NCBI RefSeq assembly: GCF_044324875.1
Contig: NZ_CP172185.1
Source of the DNA: Escherichia coli
GTDB taxonomy: Bacteria; Pseudomonadota; Gammaproteobacteria; Enterobacterales; Enterobacteriaceae
Reading direction: 5' to 3' (one strand)
DNA: 64,000 nucleotides
How positions within the stretch are numbered: position 1 is the first letter of the stretch; every line of letters starts with the position of its first letter. This document shows positions 19,822 to 33,448 of this stretch, in pieces. The notes below the pieces were generated by a model. That model was not told where the DNA came from. It saw nothing but the letters and a program-made list of their open reading frames with translations, and did no database searches. Both the position numbers and the translations under genes were made by a program.

Positions 19822-21369
19822 TTATGCCGCGTTCAGGGCGTTGTGGTTGATAGCCATCATCGTCATCAGCCGTTCTTCGTTAGCGTCGTCACCGTGGATC
19901 TCGCCAGTTAACCGGCCTTCACTAAGGGTGATGATCCGGTCAGACACCGCCATCACTTCAGGCAGATCGGAGGAGATCACGATCACCGCCACGCCCTTTT
20001 TCGCCATATCAAACAGCACCTGGTGCACTTCCGATTTGGTTCCAACGTCGATGCCACGCGTCGGCTCATCGACAATCAACACCCGTGGATTGAGCGCCAT
20101 GCAGCGCGCGAGGATAACTTTCTGCTGGTTGCCGCCAGAGAGCTTACGCACCTCTTGCGTGCTGTTGACCATTTTGATCTGCAGCGCCTGGCGGTAGGAC
20201 TCAATCAGGTCGTCCTCTTTGCGGGTATTCACAAACCAGCGCCACTGCAACAGCGAGGAGAGGCAGGAGAGCGACAGGTTGTAGCGAATCGACAGACCCA
20301 GCACCGCCCCCTCTTTTTTGCGATCTTCCGGCACCAGCGCCAGCCCTTGCTCCAGCGCATAAAGTGGGTCACGCGGCTGGTACGGCACGCCGTCCAGTTC
20401 AAAGCTGCCGGTGGTAAAGGCGTCGGCGCCAAACAGGCAGCGCGCTACCTCAGTACGACCAGCCCCCACCAGCCCAGCGATACCCAGAACTTCCCCAGCA
20501 TGGACGTGAAAACTGATGTCATGCAGGGCGATGCCGTGTGGATCCAGCGGCGGTTTTTCCCGGCTTAACCCCTTCACCGACAAACGGACAGGTTTGTCTT
20601 CATGGTGGGTTTCGCTGGCAGGGCGGCGGTTAAAGGCCACATCACGCCCTACCATCAGGCGGATCAACTGCTCTACGTTCGTCTCCGTCACTGCGCCGGT
20701 GCCGGTGAAACGGCCATCCTGGAAAACGGTGAAACGATCGCAAAGCTGGAAAACTTCATGCAGACGGTGAGTAACGTAAATAATGCTCACGCCGCGGTTT
20801 TTAAGCTCCCGCACCACGCGGTGCAGGCTTTCCACCTCGCTGTCACTCAGGGCGGCGGAGGGTTCATCCATGATGATCAGCCTGGCATTGAGGGTCAGCG
20901 CCCGGGCAATCTCCACCATCTGCTGCTGGGCCACGCTCAGACGGGCGACTGGCGTGGTGGGTGCGACATTCAGTTGCAGATAATCGAGAATCACCTGCGC
21001 TTCCTGATTGACCGCTTTTTCGTCGACGATCAGGTTACGTTTACGCGGTTCGCGTCCGAGAAACATGTTTTCCGCAACGGTCATATTGGGCAGCAGGTTG
21101 AATTCCTGATAGATGGTGATAATGCCCTTGTTCTGCCGTTCTACCGGGGAGTCGTCCACCGGCAGCGTTTCGCCATTGAACCAGATCTCCCCGCGCGTTT
21201 GTGGCTGTGCGCCCGCGAGTGCCTTCAACAGCGTGGATTTCCCAGCGCCGTTTTCGCCCAGCAAAGCGTGAATTTCACCCGTGCCGACGGTGAGCTGGGC
21301 GCTGCTCAGCGCCCATACGCCGGAAAAGCTTTTTGCCAGGTCGGTTACTTTCAGTAAGGGTTGCGACAT
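19822..21369 (-). CDS. sugar ABC transporter ATP-binding protein, duplicated NBD
   Basis: 515 aa, two nucleotide-binding domains (GENGAGKST Walker A; second degenerate), RbsA-like. Confidence 0.85.
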   Translation of the reverse strand: MSQPLLKVTDLAKSFSGVWALSSAQLTVGTGEIHALLGENGAGKSTLLKALAGAQPQTRGEIWFNGETLPVDDSPVERQNKGIITIYQEFNLLPNMTVAENMFLGREPRKRNLIVDEKAVNQEAQVILDYLQLNVAPTTPVARLSVAQQQMVEIARALTLNARLIIMDEPSAALSDSEVESLHRVVRELKNRGVSIIYVTHRLHEVFQLCDRFTVFQDGRFTGTGAVTETNVEQLIRLMVGRDVAFNRRPASETHHEDKPVRLSVKGLSREKPPLDPHGIALHDISFHVHAGEVLGIAGLVGAGRTEVARCLFGADAFTTGSFELDGVPYQPRDPLYALEQGLALVPEDRKKEGAVLGLSIRYNLSLSCLSSLLQWRWFVNTRKEDDLIESYRQALQIKMVNSTQEVRKLSGGNQQKVILARCMALNPRVLIVDEPTRGIDVGTKSEVHQVLFDMAKKGVAVIVISSDLPEVMAVSDRIITLSEGRLTGEIHGDDANEERLMTMMAINHNALNAA

Positions 21370-21420
21370 CAGCCTGCTCCTTATTTATGGGGAGCCGCCC
21401 GTACGGCGGCTCCAGACAAA

Positions 21421-22350
21421 TCAGTTACCGGCCTCAGCAATACGCTCAGCCTGTTGCAGGTTCTCTTTGGTGATCAGCGTCGGCGGATAGTCCGCCCCGG
21501 TGATAGTTTTTTTCTCACGCACGTTAGCCACCAGTTGGCTCATCGCCGTGGTCACCGCAAAGCCGGGACGCTGATCCGCCGTAACCGCCAGCCAGCCGTC
21601 GCGCACGCGGGCCAGTGCTTCCGGTACCGCATCAAAACCGGTGACCAGGATTTCACCCGGTTTCACACCCTGACTCTGCAGCGCTTCAATCGCCCCCAGC
21701 GCCATATCATCGTTGGCAGAGAGGATCACCTGAGGACGTTTTGGCAGCGACGGCAAAACGCTTTCGACAATGCGCATCCCTTCCGAGCGCATCCAGTTGC
21801 CGGTCTGATCGGCGACGATCTTGTACATATCCCCGCCAGCCTTCAGGCTGTCACGGATCCCTTTGGTGCGTTCAATGTTGGAGGAGGAACCCGGTTGACC
21901 GGTCAACAGAATGATCTCCGCGCCGTTGGGGAATTTGGTTTTGACGAAGTCGCCAATCGCCTGGCCGCCCTTGTAGTTGTTGGCACCAAAGTGCGGCACT
22001 TTTTTCTGGCTGTCGACAGAGCGGTCAAGCGTAACGACCGGCAGCTTCGTATCCTGAATTTCATCTACCGCACTGGAGACCGCGTTCACATCGTTCGGGG
22101 AGACGATAAAGCCCTGCGCACCACGGGTGATGGCGTTTTCCAGGTCAGCCACCTGCTTCGGTGAGCTGCCCTGACCGTCCAGTACCTGAAGTTTCACCCC
22201 CATCTCTTTTGCGGCTTTCACCGCCGTGCGCTGCATGTGAACTTCAAACGGCATGGCCAGGTTTGGCGTACTGAAAACAATTTGCTCGTTTTCGGCTATG
22301 GCGGCCCCGGATGTCATGGCGATTAGGGCGGCTAAGATCAGTTTTTTCAT
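21421..22350 (-). CDS. periplasmic sugar-binding protein of ABC transporter
   Basis: Track ORF 21421..22398; start at MKKLILAALIAMTSGAAIA (signal peptide) preferred; RbsB-like fold. Confidence 0.8.
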   Translation of the reverse strand: MKKLILAALIAMTSGAAIAENEQIVFSTPNLAMPFEVHMQRTAVKAAKEMGVKLQVLDGQGSSPKQVADLENAITRGAQGFIVSPNDVNAVSSAVDEIQDTKLPVVTLDRSVDSQKKVPHFGANNYKGGQAIGDFVKTKFPNGAEIILLTGQPGSSSNIERTKGIRDSLKAGGDMYKIVADQTGNWMRSEGMRIVESVLPSLPKRPQVILSANDDMALGAIEALQSQGVKPGEILVTGFDAVPEALARVRDGWLAVTADQRPGFAVTTAMSQLVANVREKKTITGADYPPTLITKENLQQAERIAEAGN

Positions 22351-22381
22351 TATTATGTCTCTCTGTGTAGGGTTGTTGTGT

Positions 22382-23368
22382 TTAGAGGACGATCTCACGC
22401 TGGCAACGCAGTGATTCCAGCGCTTTATCCGCTAGGTACAGCGCACGTTCACCATCATCGCCGCTGCAATCAGGCACCGCTTCGCCGCGCAGAACCGCAA
22501 CAAAGTGCTCCCATTCCGCTGCGTAAGCGGATTTGTAGCGTTGCAGGAAGAAGTGTTCCGGCAGCGCGCTGGTGCAACCCTGTTTGCCGTAGTGCTGCAC
22601 CTGGTTTTCAAGGATATTGCCCGCGCACAGCAGCCCTTCGGAACCGTGTAGCTCCAGGCGCTGGTCGTAGCCGTATGAAGAGCGGCGACTGTTGACGATG
22701 GTCGCCATCGCGCCGGAGGCATATTTCAGAACGATAAATGCGGTGTCGATATCTCCCGCTCCGCCAATCGCCGGCTCCACCAGATTGCTGCCCTGTGCAT
22801 ACACCGACACCGGCTCTTCACCCATGATGAAGCGTGCCATGTCAAAGTCGTGGATGGTCATATCACGGAACATGCCGCCGGAAACACGCACGTACTCCGC
22901 AGGCGGTGGAGACGGATCGCGGGAGATGATCAGCAGTGATTCCGGTTTGCCGATACGCCCGGCCTGAGTGTCGGTTTTCACGCGACGGAACTGTGGGTCA
23001 AAGCGGCGGTTAAAACCGATAAACAGCGGTACGTCATACTCTTTGACCACTTTCAGGCAGTCGCGTACGCGGGCAAGATCAAGGTGTACCGGTTTTTCAC
23101 AGAAAATGGCTTTGCCGTAACGGGCGGCCATTTCAATCAGATCCGCGTGGGTGTCGGTCGCGGAGGCGATCAATACGGCATGAACGTTCGGATCGGTCAT
23201 CGCCTCATCCAGGCTCTGCTGGCGCGCCTGATACTGTGTCGCGAGACGCGTGGCGAACTCCTGATTCGGGTCTACCACAGACCAGAGCGTGGTCGCACTA
23301 TGGCTGGCGATGTTAGCTGCATGTACCTGGCCAATTCGGCCAGCGCCCAGTAAAGCAATGTTAAACAT
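22382..23368 (-). CDS. iolG: myo-inositol 2-dehydrogenase IolG
   Basis: 328 aa Gfo/Idh/MocA protein, GAGRIGQVHA dinucleotide motif and CEKP. Confidence 0.8.
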   Translation of the reverse strand: MFNIALLGAGRIGQVHAANIASHSATTLWSVVDPNQEFATRLATQYQARQQSLDEAMTDPNVHAVLIASATDTHADLIEMAARYGKAIFCEKPVHLDLARVRDCLKVVKEYDVPLFIGFNRRFDPQFRRVKTDTQAGRIGKPESLLIISRDPSPPPAEYVRVSGGMFRDMTIHDFDMARFIMGEEPVSVYAQGSNLVEPAIGGAGDIDTAFIVLKYASGAMATIVNSRRSSYGYDQRLELHGSEGLLCAGNILENQVQHYGKQGCTSALPEHFFLQRYKSAYAAEWEHFVAVLRGEAVPDCSGDDGERALYLADKALESLRCQREIVL

Positions 23369-23570
23369 AACGGCTCCCGGTGTTGATGAATGCGGTGAAC
23401 TAACGACACTACAAATAAAACATTTATTTCATTTTTATAAATAGTGAAAATTATATTTTGAGTGCCAGTTAACACTTTTGAGATGTATTAGATAAATTTT
23501 GTTATCAATCTCACAACGCCGAGGAAGATATGTCCCTCCATTACAAGGGGGGGAGGGAATAAAAACTGTA

Positions 23571-23601
23571 CCATCCCCTCTCCCGTTGGGAGAGGGGATG
23601 G
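23571..23601 (-). terminator. perfect 14-bp-arm palindrome, likely terminator after iolD
   Basis: CCATCCCCTCTCCC-GTT-GGGAGAGGGGATGG followed on minus strand by TTTTTATT; second GC hairpin (TCCCTCC...GGAGGGA) at 23533-23558. Confidence 0.5.
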
Positions 23602-23652
23602 GTGAGGGGAAAAAAGAAAAATGAAATGAAAATTTCGTTACGACAGGAAAAC

Positions 23653-25578
23653 TCAATACTGACGAGCTTTTTTCACCTGAGCCTGTGTTTGCTCGGCGGC
23701 CTGGCGCACTGCTGGCGACTCTGCCACCTGTGCGTTGCCGGTTCGCCACCATGACGCGTAATCATGGGTCATGGTTTTTGGTAGCACTTTGATGTCGAGG
23801 AGCGTCGGTCCCGGGTGAGCGCGCGAGGCTTCCAGCGCCGCCAGCAGGCTTTTCTCATTATGTACCCGCCATGCGCGGCAACCGTAGCTTTCCGCGTTTT
23901 GCGCAAAATCGACCTTCACCAACGGCCCGTCAAGCTGACCTGTTTTCGGATTACGGTAACGATTTTCTGTGCCAAAACTCCCCATTCCGTGCCCCATCTG
24001 CAGGTTATTAATGCAGCCGAAGCTGGCGTTATCAAACAGCAGAATGGTGACCTTAATTCCCTCCTGTACGGCAGTTTGCAGCTCTGAGTGCAGCATCATG
24101 TACGAACCATCGCCTACCATGGCATACACCGGCTGCTGAGGTTTTGCCAGCTTCGCACCAATAGCCGCTGCGACCTCATACCCCATGCAGGAGTAACCAT
24201 ACTCCAGATGGTAACTGTCAGGCGTTTTAACCTGCCAGAGGCGTTGCAAATCCCCTGGCAGCGATCCGGCCGCCCCCACCACAATGGCGTTATCCTCAAT
24301 ATGCTGGTTAATGAGCCCCAACACCCGCGTCTGGGTCAGGTGTGTGTTGAGCGTTTCACCGTATTCCATTAGCTGTGCATCAAGGTGCCCTGCCACTTCG
24401 GGAACGTCGTCAGGATGCCACTGGCGTTCCCACAGTCGACAGCATTCATCGTGCCAAGCGGATTTCGCATGGGCAATCGCCTCCCCCCAGCCACTACGAT
24501 AATCTTTCAGTGCGTGGGTCAACGCTGTCAGACCAGTTCGGGCATCGGCAATGAGCGCGGTGGCATCCAGCTTCAGGGAGTCAAACTCAGCCACGTTCAG
24601 CAGCAGGAACTCGACGTCGGGATGAGAAAAGAGCGCCTTAGAGCCGGTAGTAAAATCCGTCAGGCGCGTGCCGATGCCAATCACTAAGTCAGCCTGCGGC
24701 GCAAGCTGGTTGGCAGCCATTCCGCCCGTCACGCCCACCCCGCCCAGATTAAGCGGGTGGTCACTTACCAGCGCCCCCTTACCGGCCTGGGTTTCGGCAA
24801 ACGGCAATTGCAGCACTTCAACAAATTCCCGTAACGCCTCATGCGCACCGGAGTAACGCACGCCACCGCCGCACACCACCAGTGGACGGCGCTTGCGGGA
24901 AATCAATGCATGAGCCTGCGCCAGTCGCTGCGGGTCAGGCGGACGGCGTTCAATATGATGCACCCGACGCGCAAAGAAACTCAGGGGGTAATCCCAGGCC
25001 TCCCCCTGCACATCCTGAGGTAGGCAAATGGTCACCGCTCCTGTATTTGCGGGGTCAGTAAGCGTTCGCATCGCACTTAACATCGCGCTCATAAGCTGTT
25101 CAGGACGGTTGATGCGGTCCCAGTAGCGGGAAACCGGGCGGAAGCAATCGTTGGTACTGATGCTGAGATCGTGATACTGCTCGATCTGCTGCAACACGGG
25201 GTCAGGCTGGCGGCAGGCGTAGATATCCCCTGGCAGTAGCAGCAGTGGAATGCGGTTCGCCGTGGCCGTCGCTGCCGCCGTCACCATATTGGCAGCGCCA
25301 GGCCCAACGGATGAGGTGACAGCAAAAATACGCTGACGGCGATGCTGTTTGGCGAATCCCGTCGCCATATGGGCAATCCCCTGCTCGTTACAGCCTTGCA
25401 TCACCTGCAGATGACCAGGATCCTGCTCCAGCGCCTGGCCGATACCGAGCACGTTACCGTGCCCAAAGATCGTTGCCACGCCCTCCACAAAGGGCGTTTC
25501 TTTACCATCAACGCTAACATATTGTTGGTTAAGAAATCTGACCAGCGCCTGGGCCATAGTCATACGTTCGGTTTGCAT
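23653..25578 (-). CDS. iolD: 3D-(3,5/4)-trihydroxycyclohexane-1,2-dione hydrolase IolD
   Basis: 641 aa thiamine-diphosphate enzyme (GDGS TPP motif); start may be a few codons internal. Confidence 0.85.
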   Translation of the reverse strand: MQTERMTMAQALVRFLNQQYVSVDGKETPFVEGVATIFGHGNVLGIGQALEQDPGHLQVMQGCNEQGIAHMATGFAKQHRRQRIFAVTSSVGPGAANMVTAAATATANRIPLLLLPGDIYACRQPDPVLQQIEQYHDLSISTNDCFRPVSRYWDRINRPEQLMSAMLSAMRTLTDPANTGAVTICLPQDVQGEAWDYPLSFFARRVHHIERRPPDPQRLAQAHALISRKRRPLVVCGGGVRYSGAHEALREFVEVLQLPFAETQAGKGALVSDHPLNLGGVGVTGGMAANQLAPQADLVIGIGTRLTDFTTGSKALFSHPDVEFLLLNVAEFDSLKLDATALIADARTGLTALTHALKDYRSGWGEAIAHAKSAWHDECCRLWERQWHPDDVPEVAGHLDAQLMEYGETLNTHLTQTRVLGLINQHIEDNAIVVGAAGSLPGDLQRLWQVKTPDSYHLEYGYSCMGYEVAAAIGAKLAKPQQPVYAMVGDGSYMMLHSELQTAVQEGIKVTILLFDNASFGCINNLQMGHGMGSFGTENRYRNPKTGQLDGPLVKVDFAQNAESYGCRAWRVHNEKSLLAALEASRAHPGPTLLDIKVLPKTMTHDYASWWRTGNAQVAESPAVRQAAEQTQAQVKKARQY

Positions 25579-25589
25579 AAAACCCCCTG

Positions 25590-27095
25590 TCAGCCCAGCG
25601 TCGGCATGGAGAACGCTGCACCTGTCTCCTGCTGCATTTCCGGCCAGCGTGCAGTGATGGTTTTCATTCGGGTGTAGAAACGCACGCCATCGTTCCCGTG
25701 AACATTGAGCGCGCCAAAAATGGAACGTTTCCAGCCACCGAAACAGTGGAATGCCATTGGCACCGGGATCGGCACGTTGACCCCCACCATACCCGCCTGC
25801 ACCTCTTCACAAAAGCGGCGTGCGCAGCCACCGTCACGGGTGAAAATGGCCGAGCCATTACCATATTCGTGTCGGTTAATCAGATCCACCGCGCTGGCGT
25901 AATCTGCTACGCGCACCACAGAAAGCACCGGTCCGAAAATTTCTTCTTTATAGATGGTCATCTCCGGGGTGACGTTATCGAACAGAGTCGGCCCAACGAA
26001 ATAGCCCTGCTCGTGCCCTTTCACTCTGAGGCCACGCCCGTCCACACGCAGGTTAGCCCCCTGAGCTTCGCCACTGTCGATATAGCCCAACACTTTGCTG
26101 CGGTGTGCGGCGGAGATCAGCGGCCCCATCTCGTTTTCTGGCGTCTGGTTCAGGCCAGGTCCGACGCGCAACGAAGCGATCTTTTTTTCCAGCCGGGCGC
26201 AGAGTTCATCAGCCGTTTTATCGCCAACCGCCACCACCACGGAAAGCGCCATGCAGCGTTCTCCTGCCGCACCATAAGCTGCGCCCATTATGGCGTTTGT
26301 CGCCATATCCATATCGGCATCCGGCATTAAAATGCAGTGGTTTTTCGCACCGCCGAGCGCCTGACAGCGCTTACCGTGGGCGGACGCAGTCAGGTACATG
26401 TATTCGGCAATCGGTGTTGAACCGACAAAACTGACGGCCTGCACGCGCGGGTCGGTCAGGAGCACATCAACGGATTCTTTATCGCCCTGCACCACGTTGA
26501 ATACGCCGTCCGGCAGGCCTGCCTCTTTCAGCAGTTTCGCCAGCGCGAGCGCCAGAGACGGATCTTTTTCCGACGGTTTCAGCACGAAGGTGTTGCCTGT
26601 CGCCAGAGCTATCGGGAACATCCACATTGGCACCATCGCCGGGAAGTTAAACGGCGTGATCCCGGCGCAGACCCCGAGCGGCTGCATCAGTGAGTGGCTG
26701 TCGACACCTGTGCCAACGTTCGCAGAGTGTTCGCCTTTTTGCAGATGTGGGATGCCGCAGGCGAATTCTACCACTTCCAGACCACGGGTCAGTTCACCTA
26801 CTGCATCTGAGAAGACCTTACCGTGTTCTTCACTGATAATACGGGCCAGACGCTCCATATTCTCTTCAAGCAACGCTTTGAAGCGGAACATCACACGCGC
26901 GCGCTTGAGTGGAGCAAAACGTGCCCACGCGGGAAACGCCAACTGTGCTGCGGCAATCGCCTGTTCGGTTTCCTGTGCCGTACTCATCACCACCTGGCGA
27001 ATCTGCTCGCCAGTGGCCGGGTTGAAGATCGCCTGAATGCGCTGGCCTGAACCGGTGACACATTCGCCGTGAATAAAATTCGCTACCGTCTCCAT
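25590..27095 (-). CDS. iolA: malonate/methylmalonate-semialdehyde dehydrogenase IolA
   Basis: 501 aa aldehyde dehydrogenase with catalytic Cys region GERCMA and EEIFGPV. Confidence 0.85.
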   Translation of the reverse strand: METVANFIHGECVTGSGQRIQAIFNPATGEQIRQVVMSTAQETEQAIAAAQLAFPAWARFAPLKRARVMFRFKALLEENMERLARIISEEHGKVFSDAVGELTRGLEVVEFACGIPHLQKGEHSANVGTGVDSHSLMQPLGVCAGITPFNFPAMVPMWMFPIALATGNTFVLKPSEKDPSLALALAKLLKEAGLPDGVFNVVQGDKESVDVLLTDPRVQAVSFVGSTPIAEYMYLTASAHGKRCQALGGAKNHCILMPDADMDMATNAIMGAAYGAAGERCMALSVVVAVGDKTADELCARLEKKIASLRVGPGLNQTPENEMGPLISAAHRSKVLGYIDSGEAQGANLRVDGRGLRVKGHEQGYFVGPTLFDNVTPEMTIYKEEIFGPVLSVVRVADYASAVDLINRHEYGNGSAIFTRDGGCARRFCEEVQAGMVGVNVPIPVPMAFHCFGGWKRSIFGALNVHGNDGVRFYTRMKTITARWPEMQQETGAAFSMPTLG

Positions 27096-27385
27096 CCTTA
27101 ACCTCTCGCTGTTGATACGTGATTGTTACCTGAACGTTATGTACTGAACACTATATATGAAACAAATATTCCATTTTAAGTTGAAATAAAATAAATAATG
27201 ATTATTGTGATCAAGGATGGATTTTTATGTGAACAGCCAGCATCACTGACTCAGCCTGAGCTATTAGGAGTTTCGGGCGAGGAAATGACTGAAGCTTCTG
27301 TTTCATTTTTGCTGCCAAGTGGATGGCCAACATTTAAAAGACGCGGTTTTGCGTTTAGAATCATGAGACTGGATAGGGGGATAAC

Positions 27386-28246
27386 ATGACGACAGCAACC
27401 AGCCTGAACGAACTACAAAAGCAAATCCGCGATCGCTACGATAGCCTGAGCAAAAGGCTGCAGCAGGTCTCCCGCTATGTACTGGATAATACGAACAGTG
27501 TCGCGTTTGATACGGTTGCGGTCATAGCCGAACGTGCCGATGTTCCACCCTCTACACTGATTCGTTTTGCCAATGCCTTTGACTTCACCGGCTTCAACGA
27601 AATGAAACAGTTATTTCGTATGCACCTGGTGGAGGAAACCGCCAGCTACAGCGATCGTGCGCGACTGTTCCGCGAAATGGAGAGCGAAGCCGTACCTGAA
27701 ACGCCGCTCGATATTTTGCAGGAGTTCGCCAGTTCGAACTCGCAGGCGCTGCAGCAGTTGGCTGCCCGCGCCGAACCGGAGATGCTGGAGCACGCCGTAC
27801 AACTACTGGCCTACGCCGACACCATTTACATCGCCGGATTACGCAGATCCTTTAGCATTGCTGCTTATCTTACCTATGCTTTAAGCCACCTAGAGTGCCG
27901 CCCTATTCTGCTTGACGGGATGGGCGGCATGCTGCGCGAACAGATCAGCCGTATTAAGGCGTGCGACATTGTGGTGTCGATCAGTTTCTCGCCGTACGCG
28001 GAAGAAACGGCGATGGTCAGCAAAACCGCCGCCAGCGTCGGCGCTCGGCAGATTGTGATTACGGATAGCCAGATCAGCCCACTGGCAACGTTCAGTGATC
28101 TCTGCTTTGTGGTGAAAGAGGCTCAGGTGGACGCATTTCGGTCTCAGTCGGCAACATTGTGTCTGGTGCAGTCGTTAGTGGTCGCGCTAGCTTACCGTTT
28201 AGGAGATAAAAAACATAATAATACCCAGGAAAACAGTAACCAATAA
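27386..28246 (+). CDS. iolR: RpiR-family transcriptional repressor IolR
   Basis: 286 aa, N-terminal HTH plus C-terminal SIS domain, divergent from iolA. Confidence 0.8.
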   Translation: MTTATSLNELQKQIRDRYDSLSKRLQQVSRYVLDNTNSVAFDTVAVIAERADVPPSTLIRFANAFDFTGFNEMKQLFRMHLVEETASYSDRARLFREMESEAVPETPLDILQEFASSNSQALQQLAARAEPEMLEHAVQLLAYADTIYIAGLRRSFSIAAYLTYALSHLECRPILLDGMGGMLREQISRIKACDIVVSISFSPYAEETAMVSKTAASVGARQIVITDSQISPLATFSDLCFVVKEAQVDAFRSQSATLCLVQSLVVALAYRLGDKKHNNTQENSNQ

Positions 28247-28354
28247 TAACCAATGAACTCCTCCCCCGAGTCCATATAAGAGTAAATGATTCGGTGCCAG
28301 TAGCGATACAGACTTCAGATTGAATATCAACTGTACTGCTATCTCCCTAAAAGG

Positions 28355-28835
28355 TCATGCCCCATGTGAGCGTACAACGAGAGCCTTAATCCTTAATAGC
28401 GAAGAAGATTTCTCTAGTAGGTGGTAATGTAACCCAGATATAACGGCTTCTTTAAACAGTTTATTTACCATCGTTTTCTTACCTAGCAGGCGCTGAAGTT
28501 CTTTAATTTTATTCATGGCGGCAGCAAGTTCAGAGGCCGGAATACCCTTTTCTTCGGCTGTCACAGTAGTGAAGCTTCCTTCAAGGTAATGATACGCCAG
28601 AGAAATAACGGGCTGACCACCATACCATGTTGCCAGGCAATCAGGAAGACCATCATTCCTGGTTCAAAACTCTGTTGAACAGTAGCGATTTTGCGTGTGT
28701 GATGCGCAGTCTGCGTTTCTCCGATCCTGAGACATCAATCATCTGTTCTATATGAACGCATCCCGTTTGCAAGGCTTTCGTAGTTTTGACATTGACGGTA
28801 GGTTGCAGCTCTATATCCGGCCTTGTTGCAGCCAT
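28355..28835 (-). pseudogene. IS2-like (IS3-family) orfA remnant
   Basis: Track ORF 28355..28564 has ...[33 protein letters not shown], matching the IS2 InsC leucine zipper; upstream fragment 28653..28835 is frameshifted; no orfB. Confidence 0.55.
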
Positions 28836-29020
28836 GAAGCTGCGGGCCCCTATGTAATACGCTGACTCGCGCCTTATTCTCCCAGCGAGCTTTAATCTCC
28901 AGAACAGATTCAGGTTTAGCGAGTCCCGGTCTTACCTGTCGTTGTCATCACTACGGCTGCCCACGCAACCTTTCAGCATTCACCTTTTTGTAAAGAGTTT
29001 ATGTTTATCGGTATCAGCGA

Positions 29021-29791
29021 TTAATAAGGCCTGATACTGACATGATTTTTGTCGTATTTACGTCCGTGAGCGGCTATTGCCCACACCGTTCGCGCCAGCT
29101 TGTTTGCCATTGCGACGATTGCCACGCTGGCCGGACGACGTTTTTTCAGTTCGGTTATCCACGGCCCAGGTTCTTTGGTCAGTAATGCTGCCGCCCTTGC
29201 ACCATGAATAAACAGGGTTCGCAGATATTTATCACCACGTTTGCTTATTCCCAGCAGGCGGATTTTTCCTCCTGAGCCTGTCTGTCTGGGCACCAGACCA
29301 ACATAAGCCGCGAACTCTCGCCCTGATTTAAACACTGATGCTTTCCCCATGATGGCCAACGCTGCCGTTGCAATAAGTGGCCCAACGCCAGGAATATCCA
29401 GCAACCGTCTACAGGTTTCATTCTGTCTCGCCACACTGGTAAGCTGTTTTTCTATATCATCTATCAGTGAGTCCAGTTCATTCAGCCTGTAGTACTGATT
29501 TTCCAGCACTGTAATGAGATACAGTGGCAGTCTCTCTTTCATCCGCTCCAGTGCTTCAGGGAACTCCCGTTCCATCGCTGCCCGACCTTTGTGGATGGTT
29601 TCACCAAACTCCAGTAACGTCCCGTGCAGGGCATTAATTTGCGCGGTCCGGAACTTCACCAGTTGTCTGCGGGAACGGTGCAGAACCAGTATTGACTGTT
29701 GTTCTTCTGTTTTGACGGCGATTTCTTTGCCTGGCTGCTGTACCGCCATCCAGATAGCTCGCGCATCCATCACGTCATTCTTATTGCCCAT
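29021..29791 (-). pseudogene. IS110-family transposase, N-terminally truncated by IS629
   Basis: 256-aa ORF matches the C-terminal two-thirds of IS110/IS1111-type transposases; N-terminal domain missing, IS629 end at 29817. Confidence 0.65.
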
Positions 29792-29857
29792 GACGAATGC
29801 TTTAACGAAGCGAGCTGAACCGCCCCGGGTTTCCTGGAGAGTGTTTTATCTGTGAAC

Positions 29858-32237
<2,380 letters not shown>

Positions 32238-32242
32238 GCAAA

Positions 32243-32707
32243 CACATCAATGATGAACGCCACATAGACGACCCCCTCCCATGTGCTGACGTAAGTAAAA
32301 TCAGCCACCCACAACTGGTCAGGACGTTCTGCCACAAACTGACGGTTTACGCGGTCGCCTGCGGCAACGGCTTTCCGGCTGACGGTAGTGCGGACCTTTT
32401 TACCCCGGAGAACACCGGCAAGTCCCATAACCGCCATGAGGCGCGCCACTGTACATCTGGCTACCCTGATTCCTTCCCGTAACAACTGACGCCAGACTTT
32501 ACGCACACCGTATACCTGATGATTCCCATCGTATACGCGCAGTATCTCTTTCTTCAGCCAGTCATCGCGCTGCGCACGGGCACTGCGTTTATAAGGATGA
32601 TGTCGCTGTTGCTGACAGTGGTAATACGTTGACGGGGCAATATGTAGTTCACTGCATACCGGTCCGACCCCGTACAGCTTACGCAGCTTATCCAGCAGTG
32701 GCATCAC
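32243..32707 (-). pseudogene. IS629 orfB, N-terminal part
   Basis: Identical to OrfB residues 1-154 of copy 2, then runs into the IS100 end. Confidence 0.8.
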
Positions 32708-33030
32708 TTTTTCCAGAGGCGGTCGAACTCCGCCTTCGCAAAATAAGCGGAAGCCTGGCGAAGGATATCGTTACTGCGGCGCAGTTCACGATTTTCACGT
32801 TCCAGCTCTTTCAGACGCTGACGTTCAGCGGTGGTGAGCCCGCCATCACCGCCTCCGGTATCCCGCTCATGCTGGCGTACCCAGACACGCAGAGTCTCCG
32901 GTGTACAGCCAATCTTTGGGGCAATGGAACAAATTGCCGCCCACTGTGAGTCATATTCGCCCTGACTTTCCAGAACCATACGAATCGCCCTCTGACGGAC
33001 TTCGGGGGAAAAACGAGTATTTTTAGTCAT
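32704..33030 (-). CDS. IS629 OrfA
   Basis: 108 aa, identical to copy 2 OrfA (38056..38382). Confidence 0.85.
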   Translation of the reverse strand: MTKNTRFSPEVRQRAIRMVLESQGEYDSQWAAICSIAPKIGCTPETLRVWVRQHERDTGGGDGGLTTAERQRLKELERENRELRRSNDILRQASAYFAKAEFDRLWKK

Positions 33031-33083
33031 TCTGTTTACCTCTTTCTCAGGGAGTTTAGTCTCCAGGATTCCCGGGGCGGTTC

Positions 33084-33448
33084 ACGGGAGCCAGGACCTT
33101 AAAATAACTACTTACAGGCTGTTGTATTCCAGCTGGTAATACGATTTCTGCACTGTCAACAAACGGAATGCCGTCTTTAAAGTCTGCCCTGTCATTAGCC
33201 TCATTGAGAATGAAATCGACTAGAACAGGCTCTTCGTTCACCAGTCCTTGATGGTTAAGAAATTTGACGTAAAGTTTAAGTGTATTGCTGACGGGATAAA
33301 TTTTTCCAAGAGCATTGGTAACAACATGGGCTGCGGTGAGAATCTTTTGCTGCTGACCATTATCGAAACCAAACGCAGTTGCTTCGAGATGGCTACTAAA
33401 ATGAGGATCATTGCTTACATAGATTTTACAAACGTAGTTTTCAAACAT
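33084..33448 (-). pseudogene. S1 (trypsin-like) protease-like gene, 3-prime end cut by IS629
   Basis: N-terminal 120 aa with catalytic-His motif ILTAAHVV; reading frame continues into the IS629 inverted repeat. Confidence 0.4.

Noticed and set aside
20602-22164. 251-aa and 267-aa plus-strand ORFs
   Set aside because: Antisense to the ABC ATPase and binding-protein genes; no start context or family resemblance.
27198-27389. 63-aa ORF upstream of iolR
   Set aside because: Lies in the divergent promoter/leader region, no ribosome-binding site, ends overlapping the iolR start; more likely untranslated leader.
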